42,356 nucleotides of DNA, taken from assembly GCF_004010195.1 (NCBI RefSeq), contig NC_057711.1, forward strand, positions 74,287,383 through 74,329,738, read 5' to 3'. The notes below the pieces were generated by a model. The model made no database searches. It was not told the DNA's origin and worked only from the letters and a program-made list of their open reading frames with translations. This document shows positions 1 through 11,530 of this stretch, in pieces. Position 1 is the stretch's first letter. Each line of letters begins with the position of its first letter. The stretch is from Chiloscyllium plagiosum. Taxonomy: Eukaryota. Both the position numbers and the translations under genes were made by a program.

Positions 1-7
1 TTTCCTT

Positions 8-43
8 ATTCCTGAAGAAGGGCTTATGCCCGAAACGTCGATT
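8..43 (+). ncRNA. Minimal type I hammerhead ribozyme motif (PLE-associated)
   Basis: CTGAAGA (12-18), A, stem II GGGC-TTAT-GCCC (20-31), GAAAC (32-36), GTC cleavage triplet (37-39). Stem III is the palindrome ACGT; stem I is short (ATTC/GATT with one mismatch). Confidence 0.75.
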
Positions 44-102
44 CTCCTGTTCCCTGGATGCTGCCTGACCTGCTGTGCTTTTCCAACAACACATTTTCAG
101 CT
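11..102 (+). mobile_element. Penelope-like element terminal repeat (pLTR) fragment, family B
   Basis: Similar to the terminus attached to the PLE ORF (27031-27102) and to copies at 25005-25095, 33426-33525 and 41802-41893 (3 mismatches in 92 nt to the last). May extend beyond the window start. Confidence 0.85.
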
Positions 103-784
103 TGAATCTATCATATCCTTACCAAGGTGTGTTTCACTTTAAGTTACACCAATTATAGCTTTGTGAGTTAGGGCAAATGAGATGTATTGATTAATGACTA
201 TCTCAATGCATGTGTTTCATCACAAATCATTCTGATTTTTTAAATGATGCATTCTCTTTAGTGTTGAAAGTTCTGGAAAATATTTCTGCCAAACTAATAG
301 AATCACAATTGTCGGTATGTATTAAATTGCCTGTGGCAATTGCATGTGTGTGTGTTTGTTTTTAGTGTTTTACCAATTGTCCTTTGGTTGTTCCTGGATT
401 GGCTCTTCCTTGACTGTAGCTGGTTTAACTTCTTCTGTCATTTGAACAAATTGGGTGAAGATATTCTCTCCTACAAATGAATGAGAACGTTTGATTGTGA
501 AGTACATATAGTTTTTAAAAAAATCTTTGCATCTCTTATATTGGAGAGGTTTCAGTAGCATGCTTTTAATCTACATTATTTTGTCTCCTGCTGTTAAGTG
601 CTGTGCCTCCTATATTAAGTAGCTGCAAGTTGATAGCTACAGATAGTATTTTATTAATCATCTCTCACTATCTGATAATGTTGTAAATTGAAATGTGTGA
701 CATGATAATTGAATGAAGTCTCTTCTTTAGTCTTTGTGAGTAACTATTTGACTTCTTACTTTTTTGTAATTTTGTATTACCTCA

Positions 785-1524
785 TCACATGTTATGAAAG
801 TCACCTATTGTGCTACAGATAAAACATTCCCTTTTAGGAGCTGGGCACTTTTTATGCCTGCGACTCCTTTGTTCTACAAAGCTAACAAGGATTTTTAGTA
901 TCTAGCTTATTTTTTTTTGCTGAAATGCTTTCTCAAATGTGTCTTTTATAGTTTTGTATCTTAAGAACTGAATGGATTCTGCTGATCTCCTGTGGCAAGA
1001 TTGGTTTTCTGATCTTGGTTTTGAATTCTAGACTTCTGTATACACATGAGCTTTTTTCTAGTGTCAATTCTTCATTAGACTGCAAAAAATCTGACAAAGA
1101 CTCATCAATGATTCTGACAACAGTTCTCTCAAGAGCTATGACCTGAAGTCACCAAAGTACCATCTTTCAACTAATTTGTAGAGATCATCAGTTAAATCAT
1201 TTATGGATTCCTCGTGAGCTGACCTCTATTAAATGTTGCTCTTTCAAGCACTTTAATTGTTCTGAGATTAAAGTATTTGTTAAACACTGTCAGTACTTCT
1301 TCAAAAGTATCTGTTACTTTATTTATGTCTTGGTGAGTTATACTGTCATCAGGTATACTTCTAGTTATGTATTAGCATGTATTATATGGCTAACTCCTGA
1401 TTCATTATTTAATTTGGAAGCTATTATGTACCTTAAGAACTGTTTGTTACAAAATAACCAATTCTATTCTGTTTAGCCCATCTCTGAAATTAAATCTTCC
1501 TGGCAATATTACATCTGATAGCAT
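785..1524 (-). pseudogene. Decayed Gypsy/Ty3 gag remnant
   Basis: Manual minus-strand translation across frameshifts: FLRYIIASKL...TFEEVLTVFNKYFNLRTIKVLERATFNR...EESINDLTDDLYKLVERWYFG...VVRIIDESLSDFLQSNEELTLEK, then CPAPKRECFICSTIGDFHNM* (degenerate CCHC knuckle). Confidence 0.75.
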
Positions 1525-2615
1525 ATCTTCTTAATGTGATTATTTATTTTCTTTGCTTAAAAGCCTTTTATTTTGTAGTACTAGCAGTGCTGCTGCGCTG
1601 GAGGGATTTCACACATTTTGTTGCCAAAATGGAAGATTCCTAACTTCTTGAGACTAAACTTTTATCACTTTTCTTGATGAATTCCACTGTTTGTACTTTT
1701 AACAAATGTTTCCTGTTTCCTTAACAACTTTGTTGAATGAATCTTGCTGAATCCTTCTGCCCGTGGCTTTAATAAACGACACTCACTTTAATCATGGCTT
1801 TTACTAAATAATTCCCATGTTTCATAAATTTAAGATGAGTCCTGCTACTTTAACTCTATTTCCTAGATGATACTCACTCTCTGCAGTTCTCTGTGGTTTC
1901 GGTAAACATTTTTTGCTTTTAATGTGTCTTTTTATGAAGGATTTCCCACCTTCCTGTGGCTTTAATAAAGCCTCCTAAATTTCTTCTTCTGTATGACCCG
2001 GTCTGCCTTTTAATCTGCCCCTTTATTGCTTTAATCTTGGCTTCCTAATGTCCCTGGTTCTGTGACCTTGAATTAAATTTCTTTTTCTAGCCCTTGATTT
2101 CCCTTGCTGTAGCTAGTCCTCTTGGATCATGTTCATTATAGCAGCAATGCTTGATCTGACTGTAAGTAGTTTCTATACTTTGTGCTTTCCCAGTCTATAA
2201 TACTGTACTATTTCTTAAAGTTTTTCTTTGCCCATTGGAGATTTTAAATTAACTAAAAGAGCCTCCAATGTCATATCTTATTTGTCTAAACACTGATTTA
2301 GAACTATTCCAATAGTTCATCCCTATCAGTTGCAACGGGCACTTACTTTGGAGTAACTAATTCTCTTTATCCAGGGAATTCTTCACCCTTCTACTGCACT
2401 GCATTTCTTATCAAATCTGAAATGCCTTTAGCATTGACTGTGAATTTTTCCTTGTTGAATTTGACCAAAACAAATTCTTCTGTAAGGCTCTTAAATGTTT
2501 TTCACTTCCCTGCTGCTGACTGTCTGCAAAGGCAGGGAAATTAGAACTGAGCCTGAGACTACTGAAAACTCTTTGCATAATTTTGGGCAAAAGCTTGCAT
2601 TCAGTAATCTGCTGA

Positions 2616-3913
2616 TGTTAGGTGGTTCAAATTACCCAAAGATCCTTGGTTCTAGACACTGGACTTATTTGGGGAACCTGAAATGAAGAAGGCAGTAGAG
2701 AGGCGTTTCAGGGCGAAAAGAATTTCTGCATTTATTTGCAATACAAAAAGGTAAGTACAATACAAGAAATAAAGGTAACTGTGATGAACAGTGAAATTAC
2801 CGCAATCGATTATACAGAGGACAGTAATACTACTAAATATATTATTAGCTAGATTGAACACTATTGGAAATTAAAACAAGGGTTTTAATCACAGGAACTT
2901 TAATCAGGCTTCCTATCCTTGTGGTCCCCTGCACTGTCACCACTCACCTTCCCCTCCCTGCTGGCTAGGTTGGAAACCTTGGGTTCTCAGGAGTTTAAGC
3001 TCACCACTGAGGTAAATGCGATTTTGAAGTACAGCTGGAGCCTGGATGAAGACTTTGGACCGGAGAAGCCTTCAGTCTGGGTTGAGTCTGCTGATGCAAT
3101 TGGATGTGTAGTGAATATACTTGGTTTTCCTTACTTTCTGGTGGTTTTGCAGGCCCAGGTTTCACCTCGGAATGTATCTGAGGCCTTGTGGTGTCAGTCC
3201 AGTTGGTGGTTTATTGAGTTTGTCGGTTCTTAGGTCTGCTGGTCGGAGTCAGTTGCCATTGGTTCCCCTGGTTTGGAACAGGCCTGTGCTGGTAGCTCTT
3301 GAAATTGCTTTTGGAGGATCACTGCTTGGAATACCTCCTGGGAATAGCTCTTGGGATCACTGTCAGGGATCGCTGCCTAGAACCTGTCCCGGGATAGCTG
3401 CCTCAGGTGAGGTCAGGGTCTGCAATTATACTTATTGTTAGCCCCTTAACTTTGCGCCAAATCTGCTCTTTCCATTGTGTTACTAGTGTTCCTTTTGAAT
3501 TCAATTGGTTTCCTGATTGTTGCAAGTATATGTGAATGGACTTTGATTGAACTTGAATGTTTAGTACATCTGTGAATGGATTTTGATTGAATTTGAATGC
3601 CTGATATCTCTGTGAATAAATTTTGATTGAAGTGAAATGTCTGGTATCTCTTTAGGCCCCATACTGTCTGTGCTGGATAGACCGAGGTATAAAAGTTAGT
3701 TTCAGCTAAGAGTGTTAGATTAGATTGAGTGTTCTCTTAGAGTGGGGTGTAAATTGTAATTCCAGATTGAACAATACCCCACATAGAAATCATTCTGGCT
3801 CTGTGTCTGTTTGCAACCTGAGCTCAGGATTTTGTCCAGTAATTTAGATGTTAGAAAAGTCCAGGGTCTTGTCTAGTATTTCAAATGATGGGGAACTTTG
3901 CATAATTCTATAA
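2616..3913. repeat. Unclassified interspersed element, possibly LTR-like
   Basis: GC-richer block starting TGTTAG and ending TATAAC, with internal tandem repeats and a TGGCGC PBS-like motif on the minus strand (3459-3454). No TSD or protein homology seen; boundaries uncertain. Confidence 0.3.
3526..3650 (+). repeat. 40-bp tandem repeat, ~3 copies
   Basis: TGTGAAT..TTTGATTGAA..AATG recurs at 3531, 3571 and 3611 (exact period 40). Confidence 0.9.
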
Positions 3914-5769
3914 CTGCCACACTACAAGCATGAGGCAACTAAACAAAATCTACACCATTGCTCACCATGTTGTATGTGCAGCTACACTGAGTTTGCATTC
4001 TCACCATCTGGTAGATTTGCTGTCACCATCCCAATAGTGTATAGTGAGCTACAGGGGCCACTTGGTTTAGTGAATTAGAGGAACACTACCTATCAGTCTA
4101 GTAGGTATGGACATGGCTCTTGTATTGAACAAGAAGGAATTTACTGCATGTGAGCAACTGGTTACTAGTTCATTGACATAATAGACATTGTGCAGACATT
4201 ATGAAGATGACTAGGATGATAGATTTTATTCCTTTGACATTCTAAGCTGTTCTTCTCACAAGTCCATGTCACATTTTAATAGAGTGTGGCACCGCTCAAC
4301 ATTAAATCTTTCAAACTCATATGCTACTTAAAGTAATCTCTCTCAAAGTGTACGTGAAGTTGACAAAGCAGGCTTTTCCAATAAGGTGTAACAAAAATAG
4401 AAAAGGTATCAACTGAAAATGCAACTGAGGCTTATTTGTAAATGTAAATGAAGAAAACAATGTCCAGAAGCTCTAGAAGTGCAACAATGCAAACTGAAGT
4501 AACTATCGAGTCTCTTTTCAACAGAAGGAAATATCACAGAGAAACATTCCTAAGCAGCTTTGAATATATAGTAAATATTCATCATGGAATAGTGCTGTCA
4601 TGTTTTGTTTGACCTGGATAAAGTGATTACTATGGCCATAGCACTATTGTGCGCCTTTTGAGCTGGAGAAATTGATTAGTAAAAGGGAGCACTGCACAAG
4701 AAAAGTGATATGAAAAGGATACTTGACTTCTGTTGCTTTCCTAATACCTTGATAAATGCAGCTAAATATTGCAAAAACTGTCAAGGTACCTCACCTACCC
4801 ATACAGTCCATAGAAGCAGAACAGAGCTTCTCATGAGTCCAACAAATAATATTTCCAGAACGAAATATAATCTAAAGTAACTGCCTTCATAGCAAACATT
4901 GTATTTAAACTGCAAGGTATTAATAATTCTCTTTTATAAGAGTAAATAAAGGATCCCAAATCAAAACAAGCATGCAACAAACTGGAGGATCTGCCTCTTG
5001 GCAGAACATCATTTCTTTTCTTATGGTATTCCTCTATCATCAGTTTCAGTTTTCATTTCCACCAACTGCCACTAGTCCCAACATCACCTCTGCATTTCTG
5101 TCTTTGAGGTCTCTTAATCCTCTTAACTTGTTCATATAACTTCTCTTTTTTAGCATGCACTCCTACCTCGAATCATTCACTCTTGTACTTCATGCTCCCT
5201 TCCCTTTATCGAATCCCACCTCCCCCTCATTATCATTTTCTATCGCCTGTGCAATCCCCTATTTTGTCTATCAGTTCCTCTTTTGCATCGGGTGAAAGAA
5301 TACAATAGGAAAAGTGGCCCAACTATGGAGTTATTTGAAGTTCTAGAAAATGTAGCAAACCTGAGGATGGGGGCAGTTTTGAATTCAGTAACAGAGGTCT
5401 AAGAGGTTGATTAAGAGGGGAAAAATAGAATATAAGAGCAAAGTTGCAAGGAACATAAAACATACTGTAATAGCTTTTATAAGCATGTGAAAACAAAAAT
5501 AAATGCACAGTCAGAAATGAGAGAATCAACTGTAAAGAATAAGAAAATGGTAGAGCGACTAAGTAATTACTTTGGTTCTGTCTTCACAGAATAAAACACA
5601 AATAATTTCCTAGAAGCATTAGGAAGGGAAACTTCTGGGGAAGGTGAATTGAAGAAAGTTAGTACAGTATTAGTTAAAAAAAAACTTGCCTGGCGAAATT
5701 ACTGGAACTGAAAGCTGATACGGACCTAATAATTTACATTCCAGGGTAATGAATGTGACCATGGAAATA

Positions 5770-6050
5770 ATTAAATATCACACAACACCAGGTTATAGTC
5801 CAACAGGTTTATTTGGAAGCACTACCTTACTACCTGATGAAGGAGCAGCACTCTGAAAGCTAATGCTTCCAAATAAACCTGTTGGATTATAATCTGGTAT
5901 TGTGTGATCGTTAACTTTTTCCACCCCAGTCCAACACCAGCTCCTACACGGGGAGAAAGTGAGGACTGAAGATGCTGGAGATCAGAGTTGAAGAGTGTGT
6001 TGCTGGAAAAACACAGCAGGTCCGACAGCATCCAAGTCTCCGACATATCA
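5770..6050 (+). mobile_element. Foldback PLE-derived element, family A, with hammerhead motif
   Basis: Inverted arms 5777-5824 and 5861-5908. CTGATGA (5834-5840), A, GGAGCAGCACTCT, GAAAGCTA (5855-5862). TSD TGACCATGGAAATA (5756-5769) / TGGCTATGGAAATA (6051-6064). Confidence 0.8.
5950..6037 (-). mobile_element. PLE family B extreme 3' end, nested in the family A element
   Basis: Reverse complement matches 33481-33560 including the tail. Flanked by CTCCTACAC (5941-5949) / CTCCGACAT (6038-6046). Confidence 0.75.
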
Positions 6051-6238
6051 TGGCTATGGAAATAGTAGATGCACTGGGTGCCATCTTCCAAAGTTCTGTA
6101 GATTTGGGGATAATGCCTGCAGATTGGAGGGTGATAAATATAACCCCAGTATTTAAAAATGGAGTGAATTAAAGGCCAATTATTTGAATATCAGTAGTGG
6201 GAGAAAATTATGTTCTCGAAGGTGTAGTAATAGAACAC

Positions 6239-6666
6239 ATAGAGTCATAGAGATGTACAGCATGGAAACAGACCATTCGGTCCAACCTGTCCATACCGAC
6301 CAGATATCCCAACCCAATCTAGTCTCACCTGCCAGCACCAGGCCCATATCCCTCCTAACCCTTCCTATTCATATACCCACCTAAATGCCTCTTAAATGTT
6401 GCAATTGTACCAGCCTCCACCACATCCTCTGACAGCTCATTTTACACGTACCACCCTCTGCGTGAAAAGGTTGCCCCTTAGGTCTCTTTTATATCTTTCC
6501 CCTCTCACCCTAAACCTATGCCCTCTAGTTTTGGACTTCCCAACCCCAGGGAAAAGACTTTGTCTATTTATCCTATCCATGCCCCTCATAATTTTGTAAA
6601 GCTCTATAAGGTCACCCCTCAGCCTCCGACGCTCCAGGGAAAACAGCCCCAGCCTGTTCAGCCTCT
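6239..6666 (-). mobile_element. HER1-type CR1 LINE, 5'-truncated 3' end
   Basis: Highly similar to 7209-7645 and 41900-42260; minus strand ends in the CTCTATGACTCTAT tail. Confidence 0.92.
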
Positions 6667-7208
6667 ATCTGTGAGATTAACAAAGTCAACATGAAAAGAC
6701 GAGAGAGTAATCCATTTTGATAAATCTTCTGCAGATATTTGAGGATGTAATAAGTAGAATCGATGAGAATGAACAGGTGAAAGTGGTGTATTTGGATTTT
6801 TCAGGAAGCTTGTGTTAAGTCCTACAGATGAAATCAATGTGCAAAATCAATGCACATGTGATTGGTGATAATACACTGGCGTGACTTGAGAATTAGTTAG
6901 TAGATTGGAAACAGAGAGGTGGACTAAATGACTTAGATTTGAAATGGAAGGCATTGATTAATGGGTACTGCAAGGAGAAGTGCTGGGTTTTCTAGCTGTG
7001 CACCATTCATCACAACAATTTGGATGAGGGAATTTAACGTAATATGTTCACATTTGCCGATAACACGAAACTAGACAGGATTATAAGTGCTGACCAGGAT
7101 ATAAAGTAGCTTCAGGGTGACATAGACAAGTGGAGTGAATAGGCAGATGTGATGATCAATATGAAGTTCTCTACTTCGGTTAGAAAACCAGAATGGTAGA
7201 GCTTTATT

Positions 7209-10200
7209 TAGAGTCGTAGAGTCATAGAGATGTGCAGCACAGAAACAGTCCCTTCAGTCCAACTCATCCATGCTGACCAGCTATCCCAACCTAATCTAGT
7301 CCCACTTTCCAGTACCTGGCCCATATCCCTGTAAACCCCACCTATTCATATACCCAGCCAGATGTCTTTTAAATGTTACAATTGTACCAGCCTCCACCAC
7401 ATCCTCTGGCAGCTCATTCCATACACGTCCCACACTCTACGTGAAACAGTTGGCCCTTAGGTCTCTTTTGTATCTTTCCCCATCTCACTGTAAACCTATG
7501 CCGTCTAGTTCTGGACTCCCCAACCCCAGGGAAAAGACTTTGCCTATTCTCCCTAACCATGATCCTCATGATTTTCAACCTCTATAAGGTCACCCCTCAG
7601 CCTCTGATGCTCCAGGGAAAACAGCCCCAGCCTATTCAACCTCTCCCTATAGCTTAAATCCTCCAACCCTTACATCATCATTGTAAATCTTTTCTGAACC
7701 CTTTCAGTTTCGCAACATCTTTCTGTTAGGAAGGAGACCTGAATTGCACACAATATTCCAACAGTGGCCTAACCAATGTCCTGTACAGCTGCAACATTGA
7801 CTTCCCAACTCCTGTACTCAATACTCTGACCAATAAATGAAAGCATACCAATCACCTTCTTCACTATCCTATCTACCTGCAACTCCACTTTCAAGGAGCT
7901 CTGAACCTCTTTGTTCAGCAACACTCCCTAGGACCTTACCATTAAGTGCATAAGTGCTGCTAAGATTTGCTTTCTCAAAATGCAGCCCCTTGTATTTATC
8001 TAAATTAAACTCCATCTGCCACTCCTCAGCCCATTGGCTCATCTTGTTGTAATCTGAGGCAAACTTCTTTGTTGTCTACTGCACCTCCAATTTTGGTGTC
8101 ATCTGCAAACATACTGAGTATGCCTCTTAAGCTCACATTCAAATAATTTTATGTAGATGATGAAAACTAGTGGATCCAACACCGATCCTTGTGGCACTCC
8201 ACTGGTCACAGGCCTCCAGTCTGAAAAACAACCCTCCACCACCACCCTCTGTCTTCTACCTTTGAGCCAGTTCTGTATCCAAGTGGCTAGCTCTCCCTGT
8301 ATTCCATGAGATCTAACCTTGCTAACCAGCCTCCCATGGGGAACCTTGTCGAGTGCCTTACTGAAGTCCATATAGATCACATCCACTGCTCTGTCCTCAT
8401 CAATCCACTTGTTACTTCTTCAGAAGACTTAATCAAGTTTGTGAGACATGATTTCCCACATACAAAACCATGTTGACTATCTCTAATCAACCCTTGCCTT
8501 TCCAAATATATGTACATCCTGTCCCTCAGGATTCCCTCCAACAACTTGCCCACTACCGACATCAGGCTCACAGGTTTATAGTTCCCTGGCTCGTCCTTAC
8601 TACCCTTCTTAAACAGTGGCACCATGTTAGCTGACTTCCAGTCTTCCAGCACCGCACCTGTGACTACTGATGATACAAATATCTCAGCAAGAGGCCTAGC
8701 TGATGATGAAAAGTAGTGGATCCAGCACTGATCCTTGTAGCACTCCACTGGTCACAGGTCTCCAGTCTGAAAAACTGTGTTCTACGGTACACCTGATCAG
8801 GTCCTGGGGATTTATCCACTTTTATGCGTTTCAAAATATCCAGCACTTCCTCTTCTGTAATATGGACATTTTTCAAGATGTCACCATCTATTTCCCTACA
8901 TTCTATACCTTCCATATCCTTTTCCACAGTAAACACTGATGCAAAATACTCGTTTAGTATCTCTCCCATCTCTTGTGGCACCACACAATGGCTGCCTTGC
9001 TGATCTTTGAGGGGCCATATTCTCTCCCTAGTTACCCTTTTGTCTTTAATGTATTTGCAAATGCCCTTTGAATTCTCCTGAACCCTATTTGCCAAAGCTA
9101 TCTCATGTCCCCTTTTTGCCCTCCTGATTTCCCTCTTAAGTGTATTCCTACTGCCGTTATACTCTTCCAAGGATTCACTTGATCTATCTTCTATAACTGA
9201 CTTATGCCTCCTTCTTTTTCTTAACCAAACCTTCAATTTCTCTTGTTATCCAGCATTCTCTACACCTACCAGCCTTTCTTTTCACCCTGACAGGAATATA
9301 CTGTCTCTGGACTCTCGTTATCTCATTTCTGAAGGCTTCCCATTTTCCAGCCGTCCATTTACCCGTGAACATTATCCCCCAGTCAGCTTTTGAAAACTCT
9401 TGCCTAATACTGTCAAAATTAGCCTTCGTCCAATTTAGAACTTGAACATTTAGATCTGGTTTATCCTTTTCCATCACTATTTTAAAACTAATAGAATTAT
9501 GGTCACTGGTCCCAAAGTGCTCCCCCAGTCACCTGCCCTGGCTTATTTCTCAAGAGTAGGTCAGGTTTTGCACCTTTTCTCTTAGGTACATCCACATAAT
9601 CAGAAAATGTTCTTGTACGCACTTAACAAATTCCTCTCCATATAAACGCTTAAAAGTATGACAGTCTCTGTCTATGTTTGGAAAGTTAAAACCCCCTACC
9701 AGAACCACCCTATTGTTCTTACAGATAACTGAGATCGCCTTCTAAATTTGTTTCTCAATTTCCCGCTGACTATTAGAGGGTCTATAATACAATCCCAATA
9801 AGGTGATCATCCCTTTCTTATTTCTCAGTTCCACCCAACTGACTTATGCCTCCTTCTTTTTCTTAACCAAACCTTCAATTTCTCTTGTTATCCAGCATTC
9901 TCTACACCTACCAGCCTTTCTTTTCACCCTGACAGGAATATACTGTCTCTGGACTCTCGTTATTTCATTTCTGAAGGCTTCCCATTTTCCAGCCGTCCAT
10001 TTACCCGTGAACATTATCCCCCAGTCAGCTTTTGAAACTCTTGCCTAATACTGTCAAAATTAGCCTTCGTCTAATTTAGAACTTGAACATTTAGATCAGA
10101 TCTGGTTTATCCTTTTCCATCACTATTTTAAAACTAATAGAATTATGGTCACTGGTCCCAAAGTGCTCCCCGAGTCACCTGCCCTGGCTTATTTCTCAAG

Positions 10201-11064
10201 AGTAGGTTAGGTTTTGCACCTTTTCTCTTAGGTACATCCACATAATCAGAAATTTAATCAGAAAATGTTCTTGTACGCACTTAACAAATTCCTCTCCATA
10301 TAAACGCTTAAAAGTATGACAGTCTCTGTCTATGTTTGGAAAGTTAAAACCCCCTACCAGAACCACCCTATTGTTCTTACAGATAACTGAGATCGCCTTC
10401 TAAATTTGTTTCTCAATTTCCCGCTGACTATTAGANNNNNNNNNNNNNNNNNNNNNNNNNNNNNNNNNNNNNNNNNNNNNNNNNNNNNNNNNNNNNNNNN
10501 NNNNNNNNNNNNNNNNNNNNNNNNNNNNNNNNNNNNNNNNNNNNNNNNNNNNNNNNNNNNNNNNNNNNNNNNNNNNNNNNNNNNNNNNNNNNNNNNNNNN
10601 NNNNNNNNNNNNNNNNNNNNNNNNNNNNNNNNNNNNNNNNNNNNNNNNNNNNNNNNNNNNNNNNNNNNNNNNNNNNNNNNNNNNNNNNNNNNNNNNNNNN
10701 NNNNNNNNNNNNNNNNNNNNNNNNNNNNNNNNNNNNNNNNNNNNNNNNNNNNNNNNNNNNNNNNNNNNNNNNNNNNNNNNNNNNNNNNNNNNNNNNNNNN
10801 NNNNNNNNNNNNNNNNNNNNNNNNNNNNNNNNNNNNNNNNNNNNNNNNNNNNNNNNNNNNNNNNNNNNNNNNNNNNNNNNNNNNNNNNNNNNNNNNNNNN
10901 NNNNNNNNNNNNNNNNNNNNNNNNNNNNNNNNNNNCTGGATGTATTTCTGGGAATATCCTCCCTCAATATTGCTGATATGCTATCCCTTATCAAAAACAC
11001 CACTCCCCCTCCTCTCTTGCCTCCCTTTCTGTCCTGCCTGTAGCATTTGTATCCTGGAACATTA
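7209..11064 (-). mobile_element. HER1-type CR1 LINE, most of ORF2 (APE endonuclease + RT), disrupted, spans a gap
   Basis: EN motif PGYKCYRQDRKGGKRGGGVVFLI; DKSPGPDQVY; GNYKPVSLMSVVGKLLE; DVIYMDFSKALDKVPH; GVPQGSVLDPL; 3' tail repeat at 7209-7229. Frameshifts and an internal duplication present. Confidence 0.95.
9195..10435. repeat. ~640-bp near-identical tandem duplication inside the CR1, next to an N gap
   Basis: 9195-9836 is repeated from 9837 up to the gap, with a handful of SNPs and small indels. Confidence 0.92.
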
Positions 11065-11530
11065 ATTAATAGTGATAGAGTGTGAATGCTGGTGCACAAA
11101 GGAACCTGGATCTCCTGAACACCAGTCACTGAATGCAAGCATGCAGATACAGCAAGCAGTTAGAAAGGGAAATGGGATGTTGAACTTCATTGCAAGGGGT
11201 TTTGAAGGAATCTTACTGTCGCTATACAGACACTTGATAAGAAAACACATGGAGTATTATGCACAGGTTTTGTTTCCTTTCCTAAGGTAATATGTGCTAT
11301 TCATATTTTCCACATTGATATGTTTTTGCTGTAGAGAGAATACAGCAAATGTTCACCTGTCTGATTCTTGGCATGTAGGTTTTCTCTATGGTGAGAAATT
11401 GGCTAAATATGTGAAGGGATATGGGGAGAGTGTGGACATATGAGTTTGAAACAGAGGATCAGTCAAACTCATGTTAAATGGCATGGTAGGCTTGATGTAC
11501 TTTACGAGCTACTACCGTTCCTACGTTTCC
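11065..11530 (+). mobile_element. 3' continuation of the old CR1 begun at 5340
   Basis: SLNASMQIQQAVRKGNGMLNFIARGFE..LLSLYRHLIRKHMEYYAQ is a CR1 ORF2 C-terminal segment that resumes where the host was broken at 7208. Confidence 0.8.

Larger units (their letters stand above)
5340..7208 (+). mobile_element. Old, degraded CR1 LINE ORF2 fragment (host of nested insertions)
   Basis: AMEIVDALGAIFQSSVDLGIMPADWRVINITPVFKNG (ORF 5972-6172) and decayed RT motifs at 6780-7070. Interrupted at 5770-6050, 6239-6666 and 7209-11064. Confidence 0.8.

Noticed and set aside
2919..3441. Overlapping 104 and 106 aa ORFs
   Set aside because: No recognisable domain; non-ATG starts; lie in a probable repeat.
3526..3650. 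Regularly spaced repeats as a CRISPR-like array
   Set aside because: Contiguous degenerate tandem units without unique spacers, in a vertebrate context with no cas genes.
10406..11138. Long ORFs of 219 and 235 aa
   Set aside because: Length comes from reading through N gaps; only the CR1 endonuclease fragment is real.
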